The notes under the pieces were generated by a model. The model saw nothing but the letters and a program-made list of their open reading frames with translations, made no database searches and was not told the origin of the DNA. Positions 1 through 12,625 of a stretch of 64,000 nt of DNA are shown piece after piece; the stretch's first letter is position 1; the number at the start of each line of letters is the position of its first letter. Source of the stretch: Stegostoma tigrinum (Eukaryota); the NCBI RefSeq assembly GCF_030684315.1, contig NC_081359.1, forward strand, positions 92,536,838 to 92,600,837, given 5' to 3'. Made by a program: the position numbers and the translations under genes.

Positions 1-873
1 CAAAAACAGATGGGAAGGCAAGTGGTGAGGATGACATAAAGAATCTATGCAGAGGTATGGCCAAGTCGGTGAATGGGGAAAAGTTGGCACATGGAATATA
101 TTGGAAAGTTTAAGGTTATGTAATTTGATAGGAAGAATAGGGGAGGTGAATATTATTTAAATGGAGAAAACTGCAGCACATTGGAATTTGAGGTTTGTCT
201 GTGAATCACAAATATTAACATACTCATTCAGGAAAGGCAAATGGAATGTTGGCCTTTATTTCAAACAGAATGGAATATAAAAACAGGGAAGTATAGTTTC
301 AGCAAGATAAGGCACTGGTCAGTCCTCACCTAAATACTGTGAGCAGTTTTGGGCCCCTTATCTAAGGAAGGCCTTCTTGGCATTAGACGCAGTTCAAAAA
401 GTGCGAATCCAGGTGTGGAAGGAATTTCTTTTGAGGAGATGTTGAGTAGGTAGGGCTTGAACTCCTTTGCATTAAGAAGAAGTGAGAGGAGGCCTTACTG
501 AAATAGATAAAATTCCTAAGGAGGTTTAACAGGGTAGATGCGGAAAGGTCATTTCCCTTTCTGGGCGAGCGTGGAAACAGAGGATAGAATCTCAGAATAA
601 GGGGGTCGGCCATTTAACACAGAGAGGATGAGGAATTTCTTCTGCCAGAGGGTAGTGTATTTGTTGAATTCTTTATCATAGTGAGTGGTTGAGACTGGGT
701 CCTTCAGCATATTCAAAGCTGAGATAGATTTTTAATCAGTCAGGGAATCAAGGGCACATGGAAAAGACAGGAAAGTACGGTTTAGAAATATCAGATCAGC
801 TCAAATGATCCCATTGAATGCAGCATCAGACAGGAAGGGATGTATGATCTACCTCTGCTCCTATGTGTTATGG
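1..873 (+). mobile_element. Degraded CR1 LINE, 3' portion
   Basis: Remnants of CR1 ORF2 C-terminal motifs (LVRPHL.YC.QFW.PY, GH.L.I, FF.QRVV) and the CR1 tail ctgctcctatgtgttatgg. Confidence 0.85.
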
Positions 874-1432
874 TATACCTCAAACTAATGAAAACTTAAT
901 GCAGTTCTACCAGAACTGATATCAATTTTACATTTGACAATTCAGTACCAATATAATTTTAACATTAATGGTCATCATGGAATGAATACTGCATGACAAA
1001 ATAATGTGAAAGCATTTGACACTGTCTACTGACAGTGAGATGACAAGAATGTCATTATACAAGGGAAAGGACAAGTCTTTGATGACCAGGAAACAATTTT
1101 CTAGGTAAACAAAATTACCCTGAAATATCAAAGACACAATACAGGCGATTATTATTAAAGGTACTGAAAATATATCAATATTTGAAATATTGATTATTGG
1201 GAATATCCATTCCCAGCACTAATGTTTTTGAATTCTGTAGTCAAATAAAGGTCTACGTCTCAGCTGTAAAGGTCTCAACACTGGAATATGTCTGTGCTCC
1301 CTGTCTTGCATCCATGATTCTTGGTTTCTGTCTGGGATGTGATTCGTTCAATGTATCCATAATTTGTATATTTTTAATCCAAGTTAACGAAGCATTCACA
1401 TTTCTGAGTAAGTTTAAAAGCAAATCCATCAA

Positions 1433-1667
1433 CTATTGTGCTTTCATCTTCCTGTCAGTTCTTGGCTCCATTAGGATAGAAATGTACAGTTTAATCCAAG
1501 AATAGGTAACTCCTAGCGAACAGTAAACGGAGATGAGCAACAGTGGCACAAAAGGGAATCTCTGTTGCCATGCTGTTAGGGGATAAATGATCTCACAAAT
1601 AACCTGCAGAGGAACAAGAGCGCTGAGGTAGATGGACTCTGGTAGGTTTATAAGTGATCCCTCTTTC
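1433..1667 (-). CDS. ALG8: ALG8 coding exon 13 (terminal)
   Basis: KEGSLINLPESIYL...FPFVPLLLISVYCSLGVTYSWIKLYISILMEPRTDRKMKAQ-stop; ends in a KxKxx ER-retrieval motif; the 13 exons sum to 1578 nt with no frameshift. Confidence 0.95.
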
Positions 1668-2544
1668 CTAGATGGAAAACAAATTCAGTTAGATTCTAGT
1701 AGATTTCCCATTTATACTTTTTAATTCAACATAACGTTTGAAATTGACAATATTTCAACTGGATCTGAATCTTGTATGGAAACAAGTTGAAGCATTATTG
1801 TTATTGTACTTTGTTCAAAATAAAACACAATGTTGCAGTGGTACAGCTCTTTAGAGATGTATGTGTGGTAAGATAGAATGATAAAACATGTTCTTTTTCC
1901 CCAACATTGGATTGTTTTCAGCTATCCAGACCCAAAACTGTGGAATTTCTCCAAAAACCTCTCCATCCCTTTCATCTCTTTGAAGGCGCTTTTTCAAATT
2001 AACCTCTTTAACCAAAGTTTGCTTTAAGCAGCTCACTGTCAAAAAAAAACTTTCTGCTAACACTCCTGGATGTTTTTCAGTTTTCAAAATCAGTTGTGTA
2101 GTCAAGGAGTGTTGCTGAGTAACCTCTTAAAAATGTTTGGGGCAGAAATAGATAAATCTTCCAGGATGTTTGAGTATATGTTCTAATAGCTGGATCAAGA
2201 ATGGTAGTGACAAAGCTCAGGAGCAGCTCCCCTGCACACTTCACTGAAGGATGTTGTGTGGTATGAACAAAATGGTAATAAAAAAAGATAACTTTTTAAA
2301 TGAATGGTACTGATGAGATTATTTTGCACATAACATATCTCACTTCAGCCACAAAGTGACAAAACAAAACGATAAAGGGGAAATCTTCAGATGTTTAATA
2401 ATTTCTCTAATGACTTTTCTATTTGATATTGAATTCTTCCAATGCACAGAGACCCTATCGTGTACAACAGCCCAAAAGGTGAGACGTTGACACTTTACAA
2501 TCTGAGGTTTCCACCTGGATAAAAATGAATCTTTTACGAAGTCG

Positions 2545-2860
2545 CAGAATCCCTACAGTGTGGAAACAGGCTCTTCGGCCCAACAAGTCCACTCTGACCC
2601 TCAGAGCATCCCACCCAGACCCACTGCCCTATACCCCACCCAATCTACACATCCCTGAACACTACAGGCAATTTAGCATGGCCAACCCACCTAGTCTGCA
2701 CATCTTTGGATTGTGGGAGGAAACCGGAGTGCCTGGAGGTAACGCACACAGACGTGGGGAGAATATGCAAACTGCACACAGACAGTCACCCACACAAGGG
2801 TGGAATCAAAGCCTGGTCCCTGGTGCTGTCAGGCAACACTGCTAATCACTGAGCCACCAC
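2545..2860 (-). mobile_element. HE1-like tRNA-derived SINE
   Basis: Minus strand A-box TGGCTCAGTG, degenerate B-box, V-domain-like core (tgtgcagtttgcatattctcccc); same family as 4949-5301 and 8680-8945. Confidence 0.8.
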
Positions 2861-2996
2861 ATTGAGGGCATAATTTAAATAAACAGCATTCTCTCCAGAC
2901 TTTCTTTTCCATTTAAACCGTAATTACAGTATTTGAATATCGACAGCAGAGACTATTCAGTTTCCACAGCAAGAGGAGATATGCATTTCAGCTTAC

Positions 2997-3069
2997 CTGA
3001 ACAAAGCACGAAGAGCTGAGAAACTATAGACAGTGAACAGCAGCATGAGACCGATTTTAATTGGTATCT
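2997..3069 (-). CDS. ALG8: ALG8 coding exon 12
   Basis: (E)IPIKIGLMLLFTVYSFSALRALF(R); cag and gtaagc; 73 nt. Confidence 0.94.
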
Positions 3070-3299
3070 CTGTAAAGAAAATACCAGTACAAAGTGAAAA
3101 GCATTGAATTGAATCTCATACAGAAGTAAATCCATTAGGCTTACACTGCTAACAAGGAATTATACTTGAAGGTGACATTAGATAATCATACCCCAAGTTC
3201 TCTAACTTTGAGCTCATTGCTTACAGTGAGCATTGGCTCAGTGTAGAAGAAAATAATAAATCATACGAGCAGGCCCATTAGCCTGCCTAGAAGCTTTCC

Positions 3300-3530
3300 T
3301 CCTTCCCTGGCACACCACTATCCATCCCTGTTTCCTGCCCGATGTTTTCTCTCTCTGGCTCCATTTCCACCTCTCCTCTCACTCCATTACAGGTCAACTC
3401 CATCTCCACCGTTCCTAGCTACTACACGTCCTGACCAAGGGTCACAGGATCCAAAACCTTGACACTGCTTTTTGTCCACAAATACAGCCAGAACTGCAGA
3501 GTTTCTCCAGCAATTTCTGTTTTTGATTTC
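3300..3530 (+). mobile_element. Penelope-like 3' end / pseudo-LTR fragment (family B)
   Basis: Pyrimidine-rich UTR, then ctgaccaagggtcacaggatccaaaac and the gagtttctccagcaatttctgttttt terminus shared with 30256-30491 and 48592-48690. Confidence 0.6.
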
Positions 3531-4442
3531 GAATCTTAATTCGGTCCTAGTTTTTACAGTTTCAACTCACCCCGATTTCACAGCTGTTGTGAGGGACAGC
3601 TTTCTAGACTTCCATGACCATTTGAAAGATATTTTCAGACTTCATGCCTAAACGGCATCACTGAAATTTTAAGATTGTGCTCCCTATCTTGAATTCCCAT
3701 GCTAAAATAAGCTTGCTTTGCATCCATCCTGTCAAACGTCTCCATCATTTTAAAACACTTCATTAGATCACTTTCTCAACTTAAAGGAATACAAATCAGG
3801 TTACTACGGAACGTCCTCTTTAAATTTAAGCTTTTCAGCTCTCTGATCGCACTAGTAAATCTGTGATGTTTCCCCTCCTAGACCAATTTGAGATGAAGTC
3901 CCCAAAGCTGAATGCAATACTGTGGGTGACCAAGAGTTTAAAGAAGTTAAGTATTACTCCTCTATTCCAAACTCCCCAAGCTAAAGGCAACAGCACAGGA
4001 GCATTTTTGTTTACTTTTCATACTAGAATGCAAACAACCAAAGCAGATTAGCAGACAATGTATTGAGGGTCCCTATGCAGGCAAAAAATTAAAGATAACA
4101 TTATTAAACAGTGTGTTTAATGACTAATGATAAAAGGATGGACCAGTTGTGCTGCAACTCAGAATCAAAGATGTTTGCAGTTCTGATATCTAGGCTGTGC
4201 TGAGTTAGGAGTTCTCAACGAGTCCAGCAGGGTAGGTACAGTAACTGATGTCAATATTAGACAAAAGAATCTCAGCCAACATTCTCTTTCCTAAACATGA
4301 TCCAGTGATCCCAAAATACACAAGGATGCATTCTTTAGGAAAGGGGAGAAAACAGAGGGAGAAAATCAAAAGCATAAAGCAAAAATCAATAGTTGCCAAG
4401 TGATTTTGTAACGCTAAAAGAACCAGTCAATGTTTATATTTG

Positions 4443-4653
4443 AGATAATGGGAACTGCAGATGCTGGAGAATCCGAGATAACAAAGTGCGGAGCTGGATG
4501 AACACAGCAGGCCAAGCAGCATCTTAGGCGCACAAAAGCTGATGTTTCGGGCCTAGACCCTTATTCAGAGGGCCTAGGCCCGAAACGTCAGCTTTTGTGC
4601 GCCTAAGATGCTGCTTGGCCTGCTGTGTTCATCCAGCTCCACACTTTGTTGTC
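4443..4653. mobile_element. Fold-back non-autonomous PLE-derived element (family A) with 16-bp TSD
   Basis: About 85-bp inverted arms (4477-4561 and 4569-4653); TSD tcaatgtttatatttg at 4427-4442 and 4654-4669. Confidence 0.85.
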
Positions 4654-4948
4654 TCAATGTTTATATTTGTATTTGTTGTGCTTTGTTTATTTGTGATATG
4701 TTGGGATTATATCATCCTGGAGGCTAGGCTATGAACATTGCACACAATCTAATATCAGTTGTCTCTCAAAATTGATGCTTACACATTTTCTCGCAGGAAT
4801 CATCGGATAACAAAGTGAAGTGGGGTGGCTAGCAACTTCACTACTGTTCCTATTCCATAAGGCAAAGGAGACCCTCTTTTCACTCCAATTAAAATTAGCT
4901 ACCTCAGCATAGATGGGGAATTAAGCCAGTAGCATTCTGGGTTAAGAT

Positions 4949-5301
4949 TACAGAATCCCTACAGTCTGCAAACAGGCCATTCAGCCCAACAAGTCCATAC
5001 TGACCCTCTGAAGAGCATCCCACACAGACTCACCTCCACTGTAACACAACACACCCTGCTTTTCCCATTGCTAATCCACCTAATTTTACACATCCATGGA
5101 CACTATGGGCAATTTCCCATGGTCAAGCCACCAAACGTGCACATCTTTGGACTGTAGGAGGAAACCAGAGCACCTGGAGGAAGCCCACAGAGACAGGAGA
5201 GAACGTGCAGACTCCACACAGACACTGTCATCCGAGGGTGGAATTGAACCTGGGTCCCTGGCGCTGTGAGGCAGCAGTGCCAACCACTGAGCCACCGTGC
5301 T
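4949..5301 (-). mobile_element. HE1-like tRNA-derived SINE
   Basis: Minus strand GGTGGCTCAGTGGTTGG (A-box) and GGTTCAATTCC (B-box), conserved core and LINE-like tail. Confidence 0.85.
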
Positions 5302-5674
5302 GCATTAAGGTTGAATGGGTGAAGACAAATTATTGGATAATATTGTGCGTCCGTAAAGAGACGCTGATGATGGGCTGTAGAGTTAGAAGATTTTCAGTTG
5401 CAAAGTCTCACGTTGTGAATGAGTTTAAAACTAAGTAAAGTAAAATTGACTTCTAGTGTACACCTTTATCAACACGCAGTAAGTAGTCATTCTTCATTCT
5501 GATCATACATTTTATCAGTTTATTCTGCAAAGTCGCAAGGTCAGTGAAACTGAAACCAAGGATGAATTTTCATATAATACTCAAAGTGAGGGGAAAACAG
5601 TGGATAAAATGTATTTATTTATTCAATACATAACACAAAAATAACATAAATGTACATGATCATCTTATCCTTAC

Positions 5675-5772
5675 CTGGTCCTGTGAAGAGGAGTGGGAAA
5701 AGGGAAAAGTGCCCTGTTGTGGCTAAAATGAAATACGTTCCAGCATCTTTTCTATTTTCCACAGCTAACAAA
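5675..5772 (-). CDS. ALG8: ALG8 coding exon 11
   Basis: [32 protein letters not shown]; tag and gtaagg; 98 nt. Confidence 0.95.
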
Positions 5773-6119
5773 CTAAGGATTTAAAAGAAAAACACCGCAA
5801 CTTACAAATGGATTCTTTGAAAATGACTGTTTTTTAAAAATTTTCTTTATTTGATAACCAATTTACTCCAACACAAATGTATATTATGACGATGGGGGAG
5901 GAAGTCACTGTTGGAAGAATATTTTCTAGCACCAACGTTACGAGAATCACGTTAGGAATTTTTTTTTGAAAAATTTTTAAAACTGCAAGCAAGAAGAGGG
6001 TGAAAAATAAGTATTATGAACTATGACATTTCCTATGAGCCAACTGAGTACTATTAAAGGGCATCAGGAAAAGCTAGGATCCTAATGCCAACTGCTGGGG
6101 AACTCTGCCACAAACCTTT

Positions 6120-7000
6120 CTCCTGCCCGAAAAATGCTCATTAACCTTCACTCTCTGTTTTCTATCACTCGACCCAATTCTGTATCTACTGTCTCTTTCA
6201 TTCTATGACCTATCACTTCCCTCAAAAGTCTGTTTTGTGACACTGTATTGAATTCTTTTTGGAAGTCACATACAGCACATCAATAGTCTCACGCTCATTA
6301 ACCCTTTGCTCTTCCTTAGAAAACTCCTGCAAGTTAGTTAGACGTGATACTCCCTTAACAAATCCATGCAGAATTTTCCAAATTAACCCACATTTTTCTA
6401 TGCGGCTATTAATTCGATTAAACGATTGTTTCTAGAAGTGTCCCCGCCACCAAAATTAAATATAGTGGTCCTTAAATGCTGGGGCAACCTTTTTTTAAAA
6501 GGAATAATGGTGCAATTCCCCAGTCCTTCAGCATCACTCTCAAGTCCAGAGAGGACTGAAAGACTATTGCTAGTTCCTCTATAATTTCCATACTTACTTC
6601 CTTCAATACCTTCAGACTTGTCTTACGCAGCCACAGTACCTTATCAAGTACCAACAGCGTATGAAATACCTCCTCCTTATCAATTTTAAACTCACCCAGA
6701 AACCGAGTTTCCTCCTCTGTCACCATAGCCCAGGCAGCATTTGCCTTATAGACAGATACTAGTATTCATTTGACACTCTTGCCTCCAACTGTACATGTTT
6801 TTTTTGGTTCCTCATCAAACCTATTCCTCCTTATACCACTCTTTCCTTACTGACTTGCTGAAAGAAGACTTTTGGATTTCCCTTGATACTTAACTGCCAG
6901 ACATTTTCACTAATTCCTTTCTGTATTTCTCTTGATTCTCAATTATATTTATGACCTAACATCTGTCATAAACACACTTTTTCTTCCATTTAATTTCTAT
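6120..7000 (-). mobile_element. Degraded CR1 LINE fragments
   Basis: Minus-strand translation KVLKEVSMEIIEELAIVFQSSLD..LKDW.IAPLF.KKG, typical of CR1 ORF2. Confidence 0.75.
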
Positions 7001-7005
7001 CCCTT

Positions 7006-7822
7006 TTGGTCATCAATGGAACGGAGGTTGAGAGGGTGAAGGGTGTCAAGTTCCTCGGAGTGACAATAACCAACAATCTGTCCTGGGCTTCTCACGTAAA
7101 CGCGACAGCCACAAAGGCACAACAACACCTCTTCTTCCTCAGGCAGCTCAGGAAATATGGAATGTCCAAAAGGTCCCTCACCAACTTCTACAGATGCACC
7201 ATTGAAAACATACTGTTTGGGTGCATAACAAGCTGGTATGGCAGCTGCACTGCCCAGGGCCATAAGAAACTACAGAAAGCCCAGGCCATCACGGAAGCCA
7301 ACCTTCCATCTGTGGTAATGGGGACTGCAGATGCTGGAGAATCCAAGATAATAAAATGCGAGGCTGGATGAACACAGCAGGCCCAGCAGCATCTCAGGAG
7401 CACAAAAGCTGATGTTTCGGGCCTAGGCCCTAGGCCCAGAGAAAGAGGACTCTATCCGTGGACTCTATTTACACAGCTTGCTGCCGTGGAACGGTGGCCA
7501 ACATCAACAGACCCCTGGCACCTGGGCAATGATCTCTTATAAACTCTTCCTTCCAGCAGAAGATACAGAAGCCTGAACACATGCACAAGCAGGTTCAGGA
7601 ACAGCTTCTTCCCTGCCATTATTAGACTGATGAATGGACTCTCTTGCCTCAAATAACGCTGATCTTGCTAATGTTGATCTCATCTAACACACACCATGCG
7701 CGATGTAACCTGTATGCCTCTAAGTCTATTTCATCTGTACAACCTTGCCTACTATGACCTACTTGAAATATTCATAAACAAAGCTATTTACTATACTTCG
7801 GTACACATAACAATAAATCAAT
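7006..7822 (+). mobile_element. Rex1/Babar-type LINE 3' fragment, interrupted by a PLE family A piece (about 7314-7450)
   Basis: INGTEVERVKGVKFLGVTITNNLSW..KAQQHLFFLRQLRK..FYRCTIENIL.GCITSWYG, then LPSSRRYRSL and RFRNSFFPAIIRL-like motifs and an AATAAA tail. Confidence 0.8.
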
Positions 7823-8149
7823 CCACGGAGCTGTGGACTTGATGATCCTATTTTTCTTTTTTGAGGGAATATACTTTGGCTTTGCCCCAGCCATGTCCTC
7901 TTTAGCACAAGTCATTGTTTATCTACTGTATTTCCTGCAACGTTTTTGTTTCTGATGATCCAGGCCTTCTCTGTTCATGGTTCACTTAAGTCTGCCGACT
8001 GCCAAATAATTATTCTTACTCTGGTTGACCAATGTCATTTTTCACCGTCATCCCAAAGTTAAGATACAATGAGCATTTACCTCTCAATGTTCCTCCCATT
8101 GCCATTTGACTTTCTTGGCCCAACTCAATGCCAAGAAGCAAAATCTAGC

Positions 8150-8545
8150 GAAATCAAGTAATACATCTGGAATTGAAAGTTAGCCCCAATATTAAGTTAG
8201 TGACCATGAACCCATCATCAATTGTTGGAAAAGCACATCTTATTCACATTTTGAAGAAGGGTCATTCGACTCAAAGCAACAATGATTTCTCTCCAAAGAT
8301 GCTGCAAGGCCAGCTGATCTTTTCTAGCAATTTCTGTTCTTGTTTTTTTCAGCTCTGACATCTGTAGTTCTTTGTTTTATCTAATTCATTAATACTCTTT
8401 AAGGGAGGAAATCTCTCTCTCTTCCTGGCCTGGCCTACATGTGACTCCAGACTTACAGTAAAGTGGTTAACTCATAACTGCCGTCTGAAATGACTTCAGA
8501 AACTATTCTGTTCAAGGGCAGTTAAGAGATGGAATGCCATGAAAA
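8150..8545 (+). mobile_element. SINE 3' part (family of 55390-55725) with a nested PLE family B fragment (about 8250-8380)
   Basis: Shares aaggaaatctg...ggcctacatgtgactccag...tggttaactc...ctgcc with 55570-55660; imperfect TSD atct(t/a)attca around the insert. Confidence 0.65.
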
Positions 8546-8679
8546 AATAAAGAAAAATAAATCATTCCTGGTTTGGTTGCCCATGTTAAGATCTAATCAA
8601 ATGTCTTTGAGATATTTCTACACATGACACTACAAAAGCACAATTAATTAACATTACAAAAAGAACAAGAATCAATGAA

Positions 8680-8945
8680 TCCCTACCGTGGCCATTCAGC
8701 CCACTGAGTCCGCACTGACCCTCGAACACCATCCCACCCAGACCCACTCCATCTCTGTAATCGTGTATTTCTTGTGGCTCATCTACCTAAACTGCACATC
8801 TCTGGATTGTGGGAGAATAGATGCCTGGCAGAAACCCACACAGACATGGGGAGAAAGTGGAAACTCCAAAGACTGTCACCTGAGGTTGGAAATGAACCTG
8901 GGTCCCTGGCACTGTGAGGCAGCAGTGCTAACCAGTGTGCCACTA
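8680..8945 (-). mobile_element. HE1-like SINE
   Basis: Same head (cactgctgcctcacagtgccagggacccaggttc) and core as 4949-5301. Confidence 0.8.
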
Positions 8946-8997
8946 GTGTAAGACTAGTATTTAAAAAAAACACTACTAAGCTAATTAATTTAAATAC

Positions 8998-9137
8998 CTC
9001 AGAGGTAAAATGGCGATGAGAATGGCCTTTTCATGTACGTGCCAGCCAAACATGAATGATCCCAATGCACAAAGGATTAGGCATTGAAGGAACCCTCTAG
9101 GTCCTCGAGGTCTTAACCAAAGTTGGAGAACAGCAGG
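8998..9137 (-). CDS. ALG8: ALG8 coding exon 10
   Basis: [46 protein letters not shown](S), containing the HVHEK motif; aag and gtattt; 140 nt. Confidence 0.96.
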
Positions 9138-9409
9138 CTTGAAAAGGAGAAAAGGGAGAAGTACAAGACATTGGTTAATAAGTGAAACAAAAAACATTAA
9201 ACACTTGTCACTTTGCACATTCTGAAAAACTTGCGTGAGGTTTCAGCTTTAAGACTAGAAAAGTAAATACAAAACTAGGAAACCCATTGCACCAAGTTTA
9301 CTAACTGCATGAACCATCATCATAAAAAAAATTAGAAGACTGAAGAATATCAATTGTGTCTTGTTTCATTGTGTGGGGAATTATTTGGAAAGCAAGTGCT
9401 GGTACTGAC

Positions 9410-9549
9410 CATTATTGAGAGCAATGTACAGACCAAAGTTGTGAATGGTGACACGGAAGGCAGGAGAGCATGCTGGAATTCCTGTACTAAGCCACCTGTC
9501 ATTGATGCCTTTGAAAGCTTGGCAGGATCCAGCAGTTGCAACTTTACGT
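9410..9549 (-). CDS. ALG8: ALG8 coding exon 9
   Basis: (D)[46 protein letters not shown]; cag and gtcagt; 140 nt. Confidence 0.95.
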
Positions 9550-9829
9550 CTGTACCAGGAAATGAAAACTATCTTCAGTTATTCAGAACTTTGATTTCTG
9601 TTTGATACAGCAATTTTATATGTTAGTTACAGAAGCAGCACCATAACTAGCAAGATATTTAAATTTTATCTGATAAATATTAGAACTATGAAATTATAAT
9701 TTCCTGATTAATTGTTAATTTTCAATATTCAGGTAAACAATTTAATTCTAGTCATTTACTACTCTCAGTAAAAGTCTTCAGAGGTCACGTCAATGGATTA
9801 AATATTTGAGAACTTTAACAAGACCATAC

Positions 9830-9950
9830 CAATGACAGACAATACTTTGTCCACCACATTGTACAGGGCCCAGAAATTTGGGGCCCAATATGCATGGCAA
9901 AGACCTCGCTTGAAGGGGAATAGTCTTGCAAGCACCTGGGACAACTGACC
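9830..9950 (-). CDS. ALG8: ALG8 coding exon 8
   Basis: [40 protein letters not shown], the ALG6/ALG8 signature; cag and gtatgg; 121 nt. Confidence 0.97.
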
Positions 9951-10049
9951 CTGAGAAAGAAAGAAAAATCAATTAATAAAATTGGGCCATTTTGCACTTT
10001 GGTTCAAAATTTTCTTCAGAAGTATAAGCTCCAATTCAGCCTTCAAAAT

Positions 10050-12210
10050 CACACATCTTGACTTGGACACACATTGTTATTCCTTAATTTTCAGAAGTTG
10101 TTTGGAGTAGACTGTTCACAAAGGACATCTGACAAGTGGGAGGTGTTCGAGAGTGTGATGAGGAGAGTTCGGGGGCATTTTGTCCCTTTTAGAGTGAAGG
10201 GTAAGGCTGGTAAGGATCAATGGATGAATAAAGGTATTGAGGTTCTAGTCAGGAATAAAAGAAAATCTTATTTTAGATATAGACAACTTGATTCAATTGA
10301 ATCTCTTAAATCAATTTTTAAAAAGTGCGGGGCATTATTGAGAGAGAAATCAGGAAGGCAAAGAGGGGAGATGAGATAGCATTGGTAGATAAGATTAAAG
10401 GATAATCCAAAGTGGTTCTACAAATACATTAACAGCAAGAGGGTAAGTACAGAGATGGTAGGGCCTCTTAAGGATCAAGAAAGTCATCTTTGTGTTGAAC
10501 TCCAGGAGAAGGGAGAGATACTAAACTAATATTTCACATCAGTTTTTATTATGGGGAAAGAACTAGAGTCTAAGGAATGAGGAAAAATAAACTTTGATGT
10601 TTTAAAAACAGTCCACGTTACAGAGGACGACGTTCGGGAGGTCTTGGAGAATATAAAGGTGGATAAATCTCCAGGCCCTGATCTGATGTATCACAGAATG
10701 TTGTGGGAAGTAAGGGAAGAAATTGCGAGACCCCTTTCAGAAACATTTGCATCATCTATTACTACGGGTGAGGTGCCGGATGACTGCAGGATGGCTAATG
10801 TTGTACCTTTGTTTAAGAAAATTTGTAAGGAGGAACTGTGGAACTACAGACCTGCGAGTCTGACTTTGGTTGTGGATAAATTGTTGGAGGTCATTATAAA
10901 AGATAGGAATTTTGCAGATTTAGAGTGGCAAAAATTGATGAGGGATAGTCAGATAGTTTTGTATGATGAAAATTGTCTCACAAACTGGTTTGAGGTTTTT
11001 TTGAGGAAGTTACCAAAAAGATTGATAATGGCAGAGCAGTAGAATTTCTTTTTTGGATTTTAGTAAAATCTTTGACAAGGTTCCACATGGTAGATTAATT
11101 AGTAATATTAGGTCATGTGGGATTAAGGGTGAGCTTGACAATTGGATACATAATTGGCTTTAGGAAGGAGATAGAGAATAATGGTGGATGGTTGCTTTTT
11201 GGACTGGAGGCTTATGACCAGTGGTGTTCCACTGGGATCGGTTCTGGATCTTCTTTTGTTTGTTATTTATATAAAGGATTTGGATGAGAATACACAAGGC
11301 ATGGTTAGTAAGTTTGGAGACGACATCAAAATTGATTTTACTGTAGACAGAGAACAAGGTTTTCTAAGATTACAAAGGAATCTTGATCAAATGGGTTAGT
11401 GGGCTGTAAAAAAATGGCAGATGGTGTTCAATCTGGATAAATACAAAGTACTGCATTTTGGTAGAACAAACAAGGTCTTATACAATTAACGGTCGGGCCT
11501 TGGATAGTGTTGTAGAACAGAGAGCCCTATGGGGGCAGGTACATAATTCTTTGAAGTTTGCATCACATGTAGACAGGGTGGTTAAAAAGGTGTTTGGCAC
11601 ACTTGCCTTCATTTCTCAGTCCTTTGAGTAAAGGAAGTCACATTGAGGCTGTACGGGGCATTGGTGAGGGCTCTTCTGGCCTACTATGTCCAGTTCTGGT
11701 TGCCCTGTTGTAAGGAGAGGGTTCAGAAGAGATTTTCCAGATGTTGCCAGGTATGGAAGGTTTGAATTTATAAAATGAGGCTGGATAGGCTGGGACTATT
11801 TTTTAAACTAGAGCATAGGAGGTTGAGAGGTGATCAGATGGAAGTTTATAAAATAATGACAGGTTTGGATAGAGTTAATGGTAGTTGTCTTTACCCTAAG
11901 ATGGTGGATTTCAGGACTAGGGGACACAATTTTAAAGGTGAGAGGAGAGGAATTTAGCAAAGACACTACAGGCAATTTTTATTTTTTGACACAAAGGATC
12001 ATTTGCATGTGAAATGAACTTCCTGAGGAAGTGGTGAATGCAGTCCAATTACAACATTTAGAAGGCATTTGATTAAGCACATGAATAGGAAAGGTTTGGA
12101 GGGATATGGGCCAGGTGCAGGAAGGTGGGGCCAATTTTGTTTTGGAAAACGTGTTTGGCATAGACTGGTTGGACCGAGGGGTCTGTTTCTGTGCTGTATG
12201 ACTCTGATTA
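10050..12210 (+). mobile_element. CR1 LINE, long degraded ORF2 and 3' UTR
   Basis: KSPGPD, ANVVPLFKK, NYRPASLT, SGVPLGSVL, FGDD and RRLRGDQMEVYKIM motifs with stops and frameshifts. Confidence 0.92.
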
Positions 12211-12292
12211 CTATTGGATCAAAACGAATTATAAGGGAGCTGAACTTCTACTGGTAAAGATCCTAGTACTAATATCCATTACTTCCGAAGCA

Positions 12293-12625
12293 AGAGATAA
12301 CAAGGTGTAGAGCTGGATGAACAAAGCAGGCCAAGCAGCAGAAAGACTGATGTTTCGAGCCCAGATCCTTCTTCAGAAATGGGGGAGGGGAAGGGGGTTC
12401 TGAAATAATGGGAGGGGGGGAGGCGGATAGAGGAGCAGATCGGCGGAGAGGAGACAGACAGGTCAAAGAGGTGGGGATTGAGCTAGTAAAGGTGAGTGTA
12501 GGTGGGGAGGTAGGGAGGAGACAGGTCAGTCCAGGGAGGACAGACAGGTCAAGGGGGCGGGATGAGGTTAGTAGGGAGGAAATGGGGGTGTGGCTTGAGG
12601 TGGGAGGAGGGGATAGGTGGGAGGA
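12293..12625 (-). mobile_element. Penelope-like element 3' end (family A UTR and pseudo-LTR)
   Basis: Closely matches the reverse complement of 35570-35940. Confidence 0.8.

Noticed and set aside
5240-5301. tRNA genes at A/B-box sites (also 43905-43970 and 55390-55470)
   Set aside because: No full cloverleaf is visible and each runs into a repeated SINE body.
5773-5785. Second U12 intron in ALG8 (tccttag at the exon 11 acceptor)
   Set aside because: The matching donor of intron 10 is GTATTT, not GTATCC, and the motif overlaps the AG rather than lying upstream of it.
7006-7371. 121-aa ORF as a host gene (this domain is often mislabelled as an ALKBH8-like N-terminus)
   Set aside because: It is the C-terminal part of a Rex1/Babar LINE ORF, interrupted by a PLE piece, with a second copy at 25250-25740.
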